From positions 50,158,001-50,222,000 of the forward strand of contig OZ360219.1 in the NCBI GenBank assembly GCA_977017645.1: 64,000 nucleotides of DNA, given 5' to 3'. Origin of the DNA: Torpedo marmorata. Lineage: Eukaryota. The position numbers and the translations under genes are program-made. Below the pieces are notes generated by a model that did no database searches, was not told where the DNA came from, and worked only from the letters and a program-made list of their open reading frames with translations. Positions 39,385 through 51,900 of the stretch are shown piece by piece (the first letter of the stretch is position 1; every line of letters starts with the position of its first letter).

Positions 39385-39816
39385 TATACATTACTTTCCC
39401 TGCTTTGTCTTCCTCCGAGTCGTTCGTTTCACTGCAAGGCGTTTCATCCTTCTCCTCTACGGTTTTTACTCCGGAGGGCTGTTTTTTGTATTTAGGTCTT
39501 CGCTTTTTCTCCTTTTTTCTCTTGTTGACACTTTCTTTCTTTCTTGGACACTTGGCTCTGATGCGTCCCTCTTTGTTACATAGATGACATCTAGATTTAC
39601 TGAAATAACAATTATCTGGACTGTGGTTGCTTTTTCCGCAGCGAAAACATTCTTGGCTGGAAAATTTTCCCACCACCTGTGGTTCAACTTGGCCAATGTC
39701 CAAGTTGTTATTGACATTTCAAAACTCAAGGCTGTGTCATACGCCAAATTCAGGGTTACATCTTTTGTACTTAGCAATCGCTGTCTGGCACTGCGGTCAG
39801 CTAAACCCATTATTAA

Positions 39817-40100
39817 GTAATAAAACATGAAAATCTGTAGACACCGTGGTTGAAGTAAAAAACACAAATGCTGGAGAAACTCAGCAGGTCAAACAGTGTC
39901 CCCTCCCTCCTTTCTCCACCTATCATCTCCTGCCTTTGCCATCCCCCTTCCCCCCTCACTCCTTTGTTCGGACGCCTGCCGGCATTTTCTCATACTTTGA
40001 TGAAGGGCTCAAGCCCGAAACGTCGGTTATGTATTTCTACCTTTGCTACATAAAAGACACTGTTTGACCTGCTGAGTTTCTCCAGCATTTGTGTTTTTTA
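39817..40100 (+). mobile_element. Short Penelope-like insertion with inverted 5' tail copy, in G6 gag
   Basis: 16-bp TSD CTAAACCCATTATTAA; 39858-39900 is the reverse complement of 40056-40099. Confidence 0.85.
39991..40031 (+). ncRNA. Minimal hammerhead-ribozyme-like motif
   Basis: TTGATGA-A-GGGC-TCAA-GCCC-GAAA-CGTC: variant core, stem II and short stem III. Confidence 0.6.
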
Positions 40101-40636
40101 CTAAACCCATTATTAACTGGTCTCTTAATGATTCGTTTAAGAATGCACCAAACTCACATGTTTCTGACAGTCTATGTAATTCAGCCAAAAATTCGCTTAT
40201 GGATTCACCTGTTTTCTGTTTTTTGAAGTAAAATTTTTGTATTTCTGCGATGACTAATGGTTTGGGGCATAGATTTGTCCCTATTAGAGCACACAATTCT
40301 GCATAAGTTTTTGTGCTTGGTCTTTCCGGTGCTAAAAGAGATTTCATCAGTTTAAATGTCTCGCTTCCCACTTGGCTCAGAAACAGTGCCCATTTCTGGT
40401 TCAAAAGTGGTGTGTCACTAATATTATGGGCAAGTCAGTGTTGATCAAATCTTTCGACATAGTCATACCAGTCTTCTTCTGAGTCAAGAAATTTTCCAAA
40501 CTGTCCTTCTGCCATTTTGAGTCTTCTTTCCTTTGTTTTATGTGCTTGAGCCTGTGAGGCTCACTGTGGTGACAGACTTGCGTTTCCCTTTTAAATCTTC
40601 ACTCTAACGTTCGGAGCATAGAGGGAGTTTGTTTCG

Positions 40637-40649
40637 ATCCTCGTCGCCA
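40637..40649 (-). promoter_or_regulatory. Primer binding site of G6 (tRNA-Ser(GCU))
   Basis: TGGCGACGAGGAT three nt after the 5' LTR, complementary to the ...AUCCUCGUCGCCA tRNA-Ser 3' end. Confidence 0.8.
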
Positions 40650-40777
40650 ATCTGTTCTTCATTCATTCTTTATTGTAGTTCTAAAATGGTTCCCCCACAG
40701 CACACAATATATATACGTGATGACGTCACACGCCGGGTGTGATGACGTCATACGCACGCAGGCGTATATTCACAACA

Positions 40778-40930
40778 CTTTTATAAATTGTGCACGTGTG
40801 TGTTTTATTCCCGCTACGATTTTCCCACGCTCTTCTATTAATTGTTGGGTGTTAATAAAAGTGACGTTTGATTGCAAACCCTTGTGTCCAGACTCGTCTC
40901 TCACGGATCTGACACTTTCTCAACACACCA
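40778..40930 (+). repeat. 3' remnant of a 28800-family LTR
   Basis: CTTGTGTCCAGACTCGTCTCT shared with 29200-29221. Confidence 0.7.
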
Positions 40931-41894
40931 ATGACCAGTGCGGGGACTGACAGCGTTACTGTCAGCGTTACTCACCATTATCACCCTAATTTCAACCTGG
41001 CATATAAGACCGGGGGAATATTTTTGAGCCATGTTTTGGGAAAAACAAGTGGGTCTAACATGCTGTCAAATATGGTATGTTATACGTGACACTAGACGCA
41101 GACGCCGAGGCTGTTGAGTTACACGTCCCGCCCCTTTTGTTCGTGGAATGCCGGCTTGCTGTGTAAAAAAGCCACACTGACCCAGAAAAATGCTGGCTTT
41201 GTTTGTTTCAGTGTGAATGACCAAAGCCGGCTTATTATCGCAGAAATATCGCAGAATTTCTGTGTAAAATACATATTAGATTGATCTCTGTAAATCTTCC
41301 CTCCAACCTCATGGGCTTATCGCTACCCATAATCTGCTTTGCCTCTTTTTCAAAGTCCACAACCAGAACTGTTTCCATTGTTTTAACCCCTTCTTTTCTC
41401 ATGGAAACATTTTTGAACTCAACTTTGCTCCCTTTCTCTCTTTCCCCTTTCACCCTCAACAGTTTCCCGCTTCCTGACCCTAACCAGCTCATTTCCTCAT
41501 GATTTTCCAATCCTTGGAAGACTGTTGCCTGAGGACTGTCTACTTTCTCCTTTCTCCTATCCAGCCCCCATTCACCACTCCCCTTCTCTGCCGGGAATCA
41601 ATACTCACACGTGCCACCAAGTTGCTGGGAAACTGCATAGAATCAAACTTTTCCTTCCTCATTGTATGATTTGTGGTCCTTCCTTTCCATTTCCAATAGG
41701 TTGAGGACAGTATAGGTGTCACATCCTTCTCTCACCATGGACTGGAAAATATCATCACCAAGATTGTTTTATAGAATTTCACTGAAATTGTATATTGTAC
41801 TCGTGTGTAAACTCTCATCTCATCATCTCCTTCCGCAACCTTCAGATGGTTCATCTCTCGTTCTTCCCTTCCATGATTATCAATGTATCTGGGT

Positions 41895-42120
41895 TTGGCT
41901 GCTGAGCAATATCAAACAAAAGCAAACTGACTACTCTTTCTCCCACCCCACATTGTCTCAGGATTCTATTCCATTCTCCCTTTTTCTAAGACTCTGTGGC
42001 AACTGATCTGATGATACAACCCTTCAAATCAGTGTGAGCCATGTGTCTCCCTTCTTCCTCAAACAAGGACACACTCCACAGTACTTGTTAGGGCTCTTGA
42101 CCATATTTATTCCATTATTC
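41895..42120 (+). mobile_element. Penelope-like RT C-terminal remnant
   Basis: DYSFSHP...DSIPFSLFLRLC motif. Confidence 0.55.
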
Positions 42121-42571
42121 TATCATATTGGTTTCAAATTTTTAAAATCTATCATTCTTTTCTTCTTTCCTCCATCATTCAGAATATTCTTTTCTTTTAC
42201 TTTCCATTAATATACACTTGAGCAGGTAAATTAGGAGTCCGACTAGGCCTCTCAACCCTGCTCCACCATCTAATAAGAACACAGCTGGACTGATTGTAAT
42301 GTCAACTCTGCATTCCAAAGTAATTTTTCATCACCAACAACTCTCCCTCCACACCACACCCCTCCCTCCCCGCTTATCAATAGTCCTTTGTCCTTTGCCT
42401 TAAGATTCTGCTTCTACATTCTTTTGAGAAACAGAGTTCAAAGACACATGGCTTTCTGAGAAAAAAAAAATACCTCATCTGTCTTAAATAGGTGAAGCTT
42501 TATTTTCAAACAATTGAATTGTTTATTGCCACATGCACTGAGAAGCAGTGAAATACACTCTTTTGCATGCT

Positions 42572-43633
42572 ATGATGTTCCACAGGGGTCGGTGTTGGGA
42601 CCGCTTCTCTCTATGTTGTATATTAATGATTTGCATTTTGGAATGAATGGTTTTGTGGCCAAGTTTGCAGATGATTGGAAGGTAGGTGAAGGAGCAGATA
42701 GTGTTGAGGAAACAGAGGCTGCAGAAGGACTTAGATTAGAAGAATGGGCAGAAGAGTGGCAAATGAAATACAATGTCGGCAAATGTACGGTCATGCACTT
42801 TGGTAGAAAAATTAAACGGGCAGACTATTTTCTAAATGGGGAGAAAATTGAAAATACCCAGATGCAAAGGGACCTGGGAGTCCTTGTGCAAGATAGCCTG
42901 AAGGTAAACTTGCATGTTGAGTCGGTGATGGAGAAGGCAAATGCAATGCTGGTATTCATTTCAAGAGGAATAGAATACAAGAGCAGGGATGTGATGTTGA
43001 GGCTTTAAGGCACTGGTGAGATCTCACCTGGAGTGTTGTGAGCAGTTTTGGGCTCCTCATTTAAGAAAGGATGTGCTGACGTTGGAGAGGGTTCAGAGGA
43101 GATTCACAAGGATTATTCCAGGAATGAAAGGGTTATCATATGAGGAGCGTTTCACAGCTCTTGGCCTGTACTCGTTGGAATTTAGGAGAATGAGGGGAAT
43201 CTCATTGAAACATTTTGAATGTTGAAAAGCATGGACAGAGCAGATGTAGAAAGGTTGTTTCCCATGGTGGGAGAGTCTAGGACAAGAGGGCACAATTTCA
43301 GGATTGAAGGGCATCCATTTAGAACAGAGATGTGGAGGAATTTATTTAGCCAGCGGGTGGTAAATTTATGGAATTTGTTGACACAGGTGGTTGTGGAGGC
43401 CAAGTCATTGGGTGTATTTAAGGCAGAGATTGATAGATTCTTTTTTTTTTTTTTTTTTTTTAAATATTTTATTGATAGATTCTTGATCAGCCAGGGCATC
43501 ATAGGTTATGGGGAAAAGGCTGGGCAGTGCGGCTGAGTGGGAAAATGGATCATCTCATGATTAAATGGAAGGCAGACTCGATGGGCTGAATAGCCTGTTT
43601 CTGCTCCTATGTCTTATGGTCTTATGGTCTTAT
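42572..43633 (+). mobile_element. CR1 LINE 3' fragment
   Basis: VPQGSVLGP, AKFADD, VQRRFTRIIP, RVVNLWN motifs; (TCTTATGG)n tail. Confidence 0.92.
43443..43470 (-). mobile_element. Extremely 5'-truncated L1 tail
   Basis: Antisense poly(A) plus AAAATATTT between 14-bp TSDs ATTGATAGATTCTT. Confidence 0.7.
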
Positions 43634-43899
43634 CCAGGCAAGTCGATCTATTTGAATGCAACAGGAGGTGAAAAGTAAAACAAAAATTCAATTTATATTG
43701 TTAGAGAGAAAAAGTTCAATTAAAACTAATGTATTGGCAGCATCATTTTACTAATGAGACATCTGTTCAATAATCTGATAACAGCAGGGAAGAAACACTC
43801 CTTGAATCTAGTGGTGCATATGTTCAAATTCATGTGTCCACCACCTGACAGAAGGGAAGAGGAGAGTTTGACCAGGATGGAATGGATCTTTTAATATGT

Positions 43900-44083
43900 A
43901 AAACACGAAAATCTGTAGACACCGTGGTTGAAGTAAAAAACACAAAATGCTGGAGAAACTCAGCAGGTCAAACAGTGTCTTTTATGTAGCAAAGGTAGAA
44001 ATACGTCAGGTATTTCTACCTTTGCTATATAAAAGACACTGTTTGACCTGCTGAGTTTCTCCAGCATTTTGTGTTTTTTTATT
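43900..44083. mobile_element. Palindromic Penelope-like insertion
   Basis: 17-bp TSD TGGATCTTTTAATATGT; about 70-bp inverted arms with a 5-nt spacer. Confidence 0.85.
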
Positions 44084-47000
44084 TGGATCTTTTAATATGT
44101 TGGCTGCCTTCCCGAGATAGCGGGAAGTGTAGTTGGAGTTTATGGAGGGGAGGTTAGTTTATATGATGGCTTGTGCTGCATTCACAACTCTCCACAATTT
44201 CCTGTGATCTGGGGTAGAGTAGTTCCCATGCCCAGCTTTAACACATCTGGATAGGATACTTTCTATGGTGCAAATCTAACTTAAGAAACGGTGGGGAACA
44301 GAGATCCCTAACTCGTGATTCTCTCGAGAGAAATCTAGTCTGTGAAGACCTCTCAGGGACTTGAATATTTCAATTGATTTCTTTACTTCTCCCTTTTTGC
44401 TAAAATTACATTATTTATATATACTTTTTATTCAATTAGAATGGTTCCCTGCAGATTCTGTTTACCTTTATAACCACCAATCTCATTGAGTCCCAGTTTT
44501 TGTGACTTCACAACTGTCTTTCAGGTAATTTGAAAGTAAACCAATGTATCTCTGAGCAGACACACTGCACACTGTCTAGCTTCTCTGAAACAACATGTGT
44601 CCCATTTAATGATTCTTGGCATGTGGATCTGCAAATCAGTAACTTTCACATTACTAACTTGAGTATTGCTTTCAAGAACATAATCAAATTTTGAAGGAAA
44701 GACAGGAAGAAATCACAGAACCCAGCAGAATTCCCAAACAGAAGCAACAGTGTAATGAAACATAATACAATTGTGAAAAATTAAATTCACTTTGAAATTG
44801 GCCTTGCATACCACACACAAACACAATGAAGAGGGATTATTTGCTGTCCTCATGAAATAACATGCTTTTGTTCCAAGCTGATTTTGAAATATCAATTTCA
44901 TAATATGACATGACAGCATATTTTAACAAAATCTCAGTTAATTTAGCATGCAGGATATAGTGTTTGTGGTAATGCAATAGAAAAATAGTTGTATTACTTG
45001 TAGATGAATTTATCGATTGAATTGTGACCTGAATATCTCTCCTTTTGTTTTCGGCTTCATATCCGTGAGATGTAACTGCTATAAATATAAAGGAAACATT
45101 TTCTAAATAAATACATTCTCTAAAACAAAGCTGGTATGATTGTTGTGTTGAATGTACAGCTAAATATTTGAATAAAAAATGCTCAATCAGTAAAAGTCTC
45201 TCACTCCTCTATTAGCGACATGTACTGGGAGCATTGCTTAAATAGGGCTCAAAGAATTATAGAGGACCCTTTCCATCTAGCACAAAGTAACTTTGACTGA
45301 TGAACAGTATCCTGTAACTGAGTAAATCATCCTAAAAAATCCAATTTTAAATTATATCTTTATGTATATATGTGATTATTATGTACTGTATATTTTGTGT
45401 GAACGTGTATGCATCGTGGTCTGTTTTGTCTGGTTGTATACAGAATGTACAGTCAGATGTTACTCTTTACTACACAATGAATTCTTGATTTCCTTTGACA
45501 TATTCAGGAATAGCAAATTAAAAATCCAACGGATGAATGGTCTTCAACCTGAAATGTTAACTCTGTCTCCCTTTTCATAGATTCTGTCTGAGCTGCTGAG
45601 TGTATCTGGCATTTTCTATTGGGAAACCCATCTGGTTCAATAATATACTTTAGGGAAGGAAATCTGACATATCAGCAAGTCTTGCCTGAATGAGACTCCA
45701 GACCCCACCAATGTGGTTGACTGTTAAGTGTCTGTTCAGAAATGTCGATCCAGCACAACCCAATGTCCATAACCCATGAAAGAATCAATAAAAGGTGACA
45801 TGGGAACACTGAGAAAAAATGCGTTCATTACATTGATGGCAAAAGAGTGAAACTCAGCCAGAAGGCAAAGCAAAATACAATGAATGGGAAGACACTAGTG
45901 GTGCAGAGGAACAAAGAAACTTTTGAGTGTATGCCTATAAATCCTTAAATATAGTCAGGCGGATGGGTGGGGTGGTTATAAAAGTCATACAGAATGCTTA
46001 CCGTTATTAGCCAAGGCTCAGAATATAAGAGCCGGGATGACCACTCAGGCCACACATTGCATATGATAGGAAAATGTGATTCCAAAGGAAAGGTTGCAGA
46101 GGAGATTTGTAAGAACTGAAAAATTATAGCTCTGAGGAATGATCGGATAATCTTGTGTTGTTTTATTTGGAACAAAGAAAGATAAGGTAAGACTTAAATA
46201 AGCAACAGAAAATTATTGTTAGACCTATAGAACATAAAGAGGAAAGACATAGCAGAGAGGCTAAATACTACAGGGAGTAGATTTAAAGAAATTGGTTTAA
46301 TGATTAGAGGGGAGCTGAGGCAAAGTTTTTATGTCCAGCCAATGGGGTAGCTGAGGTCCTAAATGCACTGCTGGAAAGGGGAAGGTAGGTCAGGGATGAG
46401 GAGAGGTTTGGATGCAGAAACCTTCATCACATTTAACCGTACTTGCATGGGTGCCTGAAGTGCTGTGGACCTGCTGCTTGGAATTGGGATTAGGTTGTTC
46501 AGTTTGATTTTGACCAGCAAAGACACAATGGACCAAATTCTGGACTAGCAAGTGGAATACTTGGTAAAGCACCAGAATAGATTAAAAGTATTAGCAGCAA
46601 GGGAGAAATAACAACAATATAGTCAGTTCAATTGAAATAAAATTACAGGGAGACAAATGTGGAAGTGACAAAATAAAAAGGGACAAATTGTTTGTAATGA
46701 AACACCAGTTGACCAAACTCTTTTCATGCACCAGCTGGATGATTAGAGAATTGAATCCCATTCAGTTCTACTGCAGGGCGGAGTTTACATGTGGTGGCTC
46801 TGGGAGATTGGATTGCCAACATTGTAATTCAATAATAAAGGACGTTGTGAGTGGAGCACAATGTTATGGAATGGACATTTCTTTTGCCTCACTAAAAAGG
46901 ACTATGGTGGCTTCTGAAACAATCATGTTTGGAATTTATGAACAATGAATAGTTGTCAGCCAACAATTAAGTTTAAGTGATAGATGATTCCTGAAAATAG

Positions 47001-48244
47001 CATTGCTGGGAATTGGAGAGTTGACTTCCTGTTGCTAAAAAGGTGTTCTGCCATGCAAGAATAAGTGAAGGTATGAGCTGGAGTGTAAGCCCAAAGTAAC
47101 TGCATTGGTGGTCAGACCAGAGACTGTAGTCTGCACCCCATGTTTCTGGCAGGCATTAGCTGTGCACACACTAAGGTCCCAGTGCAATACCCTGCCAGAA
47201 AGTACATGTGTGCTGCAGCTGCTTCTTTGGAGCTCTCAAGTCACTTGTTGTCCAAAAAAAAACGAGAGCAATAAAGTGCTGTTTTCTTCAACTTCTCCTC
47301 TTATTCCCTTACTAAAGTTTGAACCTTTAGTTCCCTAGACCAGGAATGTCCTACCTAAATGTTTCTATCTCTCTTTATTATTTCAAACCTTTTTCAGAGC
47401 CCAGATCTTTGACCACACTTCACGTAAACCCCTCCTCATCTTTCTTTTGTATTAATATTATGTTGGTTTGTGCTACCAAATTAATTCAGATGCTTTATTT
47501 TCTTTAAAATTACGCTCTGTAATTCTGTTGGGAAATCAAATGCTCACACACTGGCAAATTAAGAAGTATGAAAATAAATGTGTCAAATTTAAATCATACA
47601 CCATGATATTGGCTGAGAGATTTCTTCATTGATCTAAGGCATGTAGAATTTTTTAAAAAGCTGAAAAATTGATAGCTGGTGTGGTTTGTATTTCTAAAAA
47701 TTTTTATTGCCATGGAATAGCAAAGAATTACCAAATAGAAATACATTTGCAGAGTATTCCAAATTGGAAATGGTTGGTTCCCTTGGGTGCCTCAGTTTTC
47801 CGCCTTTGAACCTTGGATCATCTGCATGTAAATCAATAGGAGGTTTAACCGGGGCAATTATCAAGAATTAGCTAATTTGTGAATAAGAGAAATGAATCCA
47901 ACTTGCACATGCCAAATTTGACTTTGCTTCTTGTTTAATAGATGAGTATCTCAAAACATAGCAAGTGACACAGGAAACAGATTTTCTGGAAATAAAAAGA
48001 GCTTCGGCAACCCAAGGGATTTCTAAAGATTGAGAGAACTGAAGTGTTACACATTAATTGATGGATAAACATCAGAGTTATGTATTTAATTTAAGGGAAG
48101 TACTGGGATACACAGCAATATCTCGAATATGTTCAAATATCCCATCATTCCATGCAATAGTCTCCTACAAAGAAAAGCACATGAGCAAAACTTTCTTGTT
48201 ATCAATGCAGTGAATTTGAGAAAATAGAAAGAATATTAAAAAAA

Positions 48245-48500
48245 GGGCGGCACGGTTGGCGTAGCGATTTGCGCAGTGCCTTTACAGCGCCAGCGATCGG
48301 GACCGGACCTGCGTTCGAATCCCGCACTGTCTGTAAGGAGTTTTTACGTTCTCCCCGTGTCTGCGTGGGTTTTCTCCGGGGGCTCCAGTTTCCTCCGACC
48401 CTTCAAAACGTACTGGGGGTGTAAGTTAATGGGGTGTAAATTGGGCGGCACGGAGTCGTAGGGCCGAATTGGCCTGTTACAGTGCTGTATGTCTAAATTT
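48245..48500 (+). mobile_element. tRNA-derived V-SINE (HE1-like)
   Basis: A box TGGCGTAGCG, B box GTTCGAATCC, V domain GTTCTCCCCGTGTCTGCGTGGGTTT, CR1-derived tail GGCCTGTT..GTGCTGTA. Confidence 0.85.
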
Positions 48501-48948
48501 AAAAAGAATAGATTTAAATCCAGAGAGGAACAGAGTGGCAGAATATATTGATAGGTAGTTCTTATAATCACCAAATGAGAGAGTGCGTTCAATCCAATTA
48601 TCATTAATATCAGGCCACAATGTGATCAAACCTTTTCCCTATTTAAAGCAATGAACTTAGAAAGGAAATTGGAAGAAGTGTTGAACCAGATGTTAAAGGA
48701 TCTTTAGTCAAGAGTGTAGGTGGGAGAAAATATACAAAGGAATGATCAATGGGGAATATACAAAAAGAGCAAATAGGATATAGAGCTTGGTGTTGTGGAA
48801 TAGGGATTCTAGAGTGGGAATATAAATCTGGAACTCGTTTTGACGGGGCAAGGAAAATTCAGGGTTAGATTTAAAACTAGTTATAAGAACTTAACCAAGG
48901 TAATGTCGATAGGGAATCTATTGGTATGGCAAAATCTGATAGGCAAAG

Positions 48949-51900
48949 TGATAGGCCTATCAATAAACACTCGAAGGCTATGAGCGTGAGTGAACCATAG
49001 ACTTTTATTACCTTAGAACTAAGCAGTACTTTCCAGCAGATCTGACCCGGACTGGAGGAGTGGCCGTGATAACAGTGGCCTTTATTCAGGTGAGGAAAGG
49101 GGAGGGATTACCTGGACATCCAAGGGAGGGGAGGGAGTAGACATCGGGACAGCCTGCAGTACATACCTACACCACAATACACAAACAGTGGTTTACCACA
49201 TTCACCCCTCCTTTTTTAAAAAAGAGTCCTGCGGGGTGACGTGACCACTCTAATTAGTTACAGAAAACACACAGTAAATATAATACAGAAATATATATAC
49301 AAGCCCTTTTTACAGGTCAAGGCGATCCGGCGGTCGAATTTGCCGCTGTGACCTGCGTAGTGGCGGGGCGGGTTGTGGTAATGGGGGAGATGGTAGGGTT
49401 GTCTGTGCAGTCGCCTCCTGCCTGGCCTCTTGGAATGTCTGTGGTCCCGGCGAGGGGGCTGGGTCTGGCACACTGGGTGGGGAATTAGAATTAGAGGGGT
49501 TTTGCAGCAGGTGGTAATTAGAGGGGTTTTGCAGCAGGTGGTCTTGCCCGTCGGAATGTTCTGCCGGTGCCCCAGCGGGCGCCAGATCCCGAATCGAGAC
49601 AGTGTCCTCTCGCCCATCAGGGAAGACCACGTACGCATATTGTGGGTTGGCGTGCGCTAACTGCACCCTCTGGACTGCCGGCTCATATTTGCTGCTCCGA
49701 AGGTGATTGCAGAGCAGCACTGGTCCCGGGGACGTCAGCCAGGCAGGTAGGGCGGTTCCGGTGGTCGACTTCCTGGGGAAGGAAAAAAATCGTTCATGAG
49801 GGGTTGCGTTGGTGGATGTGCACAGCAGGGACCGGATAGAGTGGAGGGCTTCGGGGAGGACCTCCTGCCAGCGGGAAACCGGCCATCCCTTGGACTTGAG
49901 AGCCAAGAGCGCGGCCTTCCATACAGTAGCGTTCTCCCTTTCCACCTGTCCATTCCCCCGGGGGTTGTATCCGGTGGTCCTGCTAGTGGCGATGCCTCGG
50001 GCCTGCAGGTACCGTCGCAGCTCCTCACTCATAAAAGCTGCTCCCCGGTCGCTATGTATGTAGTTTGGGAAACCAAACAGCGCGAATACCTGGTGGAGAG
50101 CTTTTATGGTTGAGGTAGCCGAAGTGTCGGGGCAGGGGATGGCAAAGGGGAACCGCGAGTACTCATCGATAATGTTTAAGAAGTACACGTTGCGGTTCGT
50201 GGAGGGAAGGGGCCCCTTGAAGTCAATACTGAGACGTTCAAAAGGGCGAGTGGCTTTGATCAGCTGTGCCCTGTCGGGGCGGTAGAACTGAGGTTTGCAC
50301 TCCGCGCAAACTCGGCAACCTCTGATCAATGTCCTGACCTCTTCCAGGGAGTATGGCAGGTTCTGTGACTTCACAAAGTGAAAGAGCCTGGTAATCCCTG
50401 GGTGGCAGAGGGCGTCGTGTAGGGCATGTAATCGGTCGATCTGCGCGCTGGCGCATGATCCCCGGGATAGAGCATCGGAGGGCTCATTGAGCTTCCCGGG
50501 CCGGTAAAGGATGTCGTAATTGTAGGTGGAGAGTTCTATTCTCCACCTCATGATGTTATCATTTTTGATCTTACCCCGCTGCTGGTTGTTGAACATAAAT
50601 GCCACCGAGCGTTGGTCGGTCAGCAGGGTAAAATGCTTGCCGGCGAGATAGTGCCTCCAGTGCCTGATTGCTTCCACTATGGCCTGGGCTTCTTTCTCTA
50701 CCGCGGAGTGCCGAATTTCGGGGCCTTGAAGGGTCCGTGAGAAAAACGCCACCGGCCTTCCCGCCTGGTTGAGGGTAGCAGCCAGCGCGAAGTCCGATGC
50801 GTCGCTCTCTACCTGAAAAGGTATCTCCTCATCCATCGCGTGCATTGTTGCTCGAGCAATGTCCCCTTTTATAAGGTCAAAGGCCTTACATGCCTCCGAA
50901 TCAAGGGGAAATGCGGTGGATTTCACCAGGGGTCGGGCCTTATCAGCATAATTTGGTACCCACTGCGCATAATATGAGAAGAACCCGAGGCATCATTTGA
51001 GTGCTTTGGGAGTGGAGGGAAGTGGAAGTTCCAGCAGGGGCCGCATGCGGTCGGGGTCGGGCCCAATCACCCCGTTCTCTACCACATACCCCAAAATAGC
51101 GAGGCGTGTGGTACCAAACACACATTTTTCTTTATTATATGTCAGGTTTAGTGATTTGGCCGCCTGCAGGAACCTCCGGAGGTTGTTGTCGTGGTCCTGA
51201 CGATCCAGCCCACAGATGGTAATATCGTCCAGGTACGGGAAAGTGGCCTTAAGTTTATAGTGGTCCACAATCCTATCCAACTCCCGCTGAAACACAGAAA
51301 CTCCATTAGTAACCCCGAACGGAACCCGCAGGAAATGGAACAGCCTACCATCTGCCTCGAACGCAGTGTACTGTCGGTCCTCCCTTCGGATAGGGAGCTG
51401 GTGATATGCGGATTTCAGGTCTATAGTGGAAAAGACCCTGTATTGGGCGATCTGATTAACAATATCCGCTATTCGTGGTAGCGGGTATGCGTCCAACTGT
51501 GTGAATCGATTAATCGTCTGACTGTAATCCACCACCATCCTACTCTTGGCCCCTTTTACTACGACTACCTGGGCCCTCCAGGGACTATTACTCCTCTCAA
51601 TAATCCCCTCCTGTAATAATCTCTGCACCTCCGTCTTGATAAACGCCCTGTCCCCCGAACTGTATCGCCTGCTCTTGGTTGCCACAGGCTTACAGTCAGG
51701 GGTCAGGTTGGCGAATAGCGACGGAGGCGAGATCTTAAGAGTGGAGAGGCCACAGGTAGTTTGGGGCGTGTTATTCAGGAACTGGTGGTTTACTACAGTG
51801 ATCGCAGGGTGGGGACCGTCATACCGCATCGTGACACTCCGTAAGTGACTCTGAAAATCGAGTCCTAATAAGACAGGTGCACACAACCGATTCATAATAA

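Larger units (their letters stand above)
32660..40777 (-). mobile_element. tRNA-Ser-primed Gypsy element G6, degenerate, with four nested insertions
   Basis: LTRs 32660-32828 and 40653-40777; PPT at 32829-32842; Gag (RDQLIMGL, CFRCGKSNH), PR (MELDTGAAVS), RT (RMPYGISAAP), RNase H (VDASPVGLG), IN (SDNGSQY, HPSTNGEAE). No matching TSD seen. Confidence 0.92.

Noticed and set aside
40980-41235. Possible DNA-transposon or MITE ends
   Set aside because: Only one terminus-like motif; no paired TIRs or TSD established.
44300-48240. Possible host exons in AT-rich sequence (also 27650-28060 and 30300-31350)
   Set aside because: No recognisable protein similarity or convincing splice-bounded ORF; cannot be excluded without RNA-seq.
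48937-48956. Flank TGATAGGC resembles the E4 LTR end, suggesting targeted insertion
   Set aside because: 8-bp match at one site; the five TSDs share no consensus.
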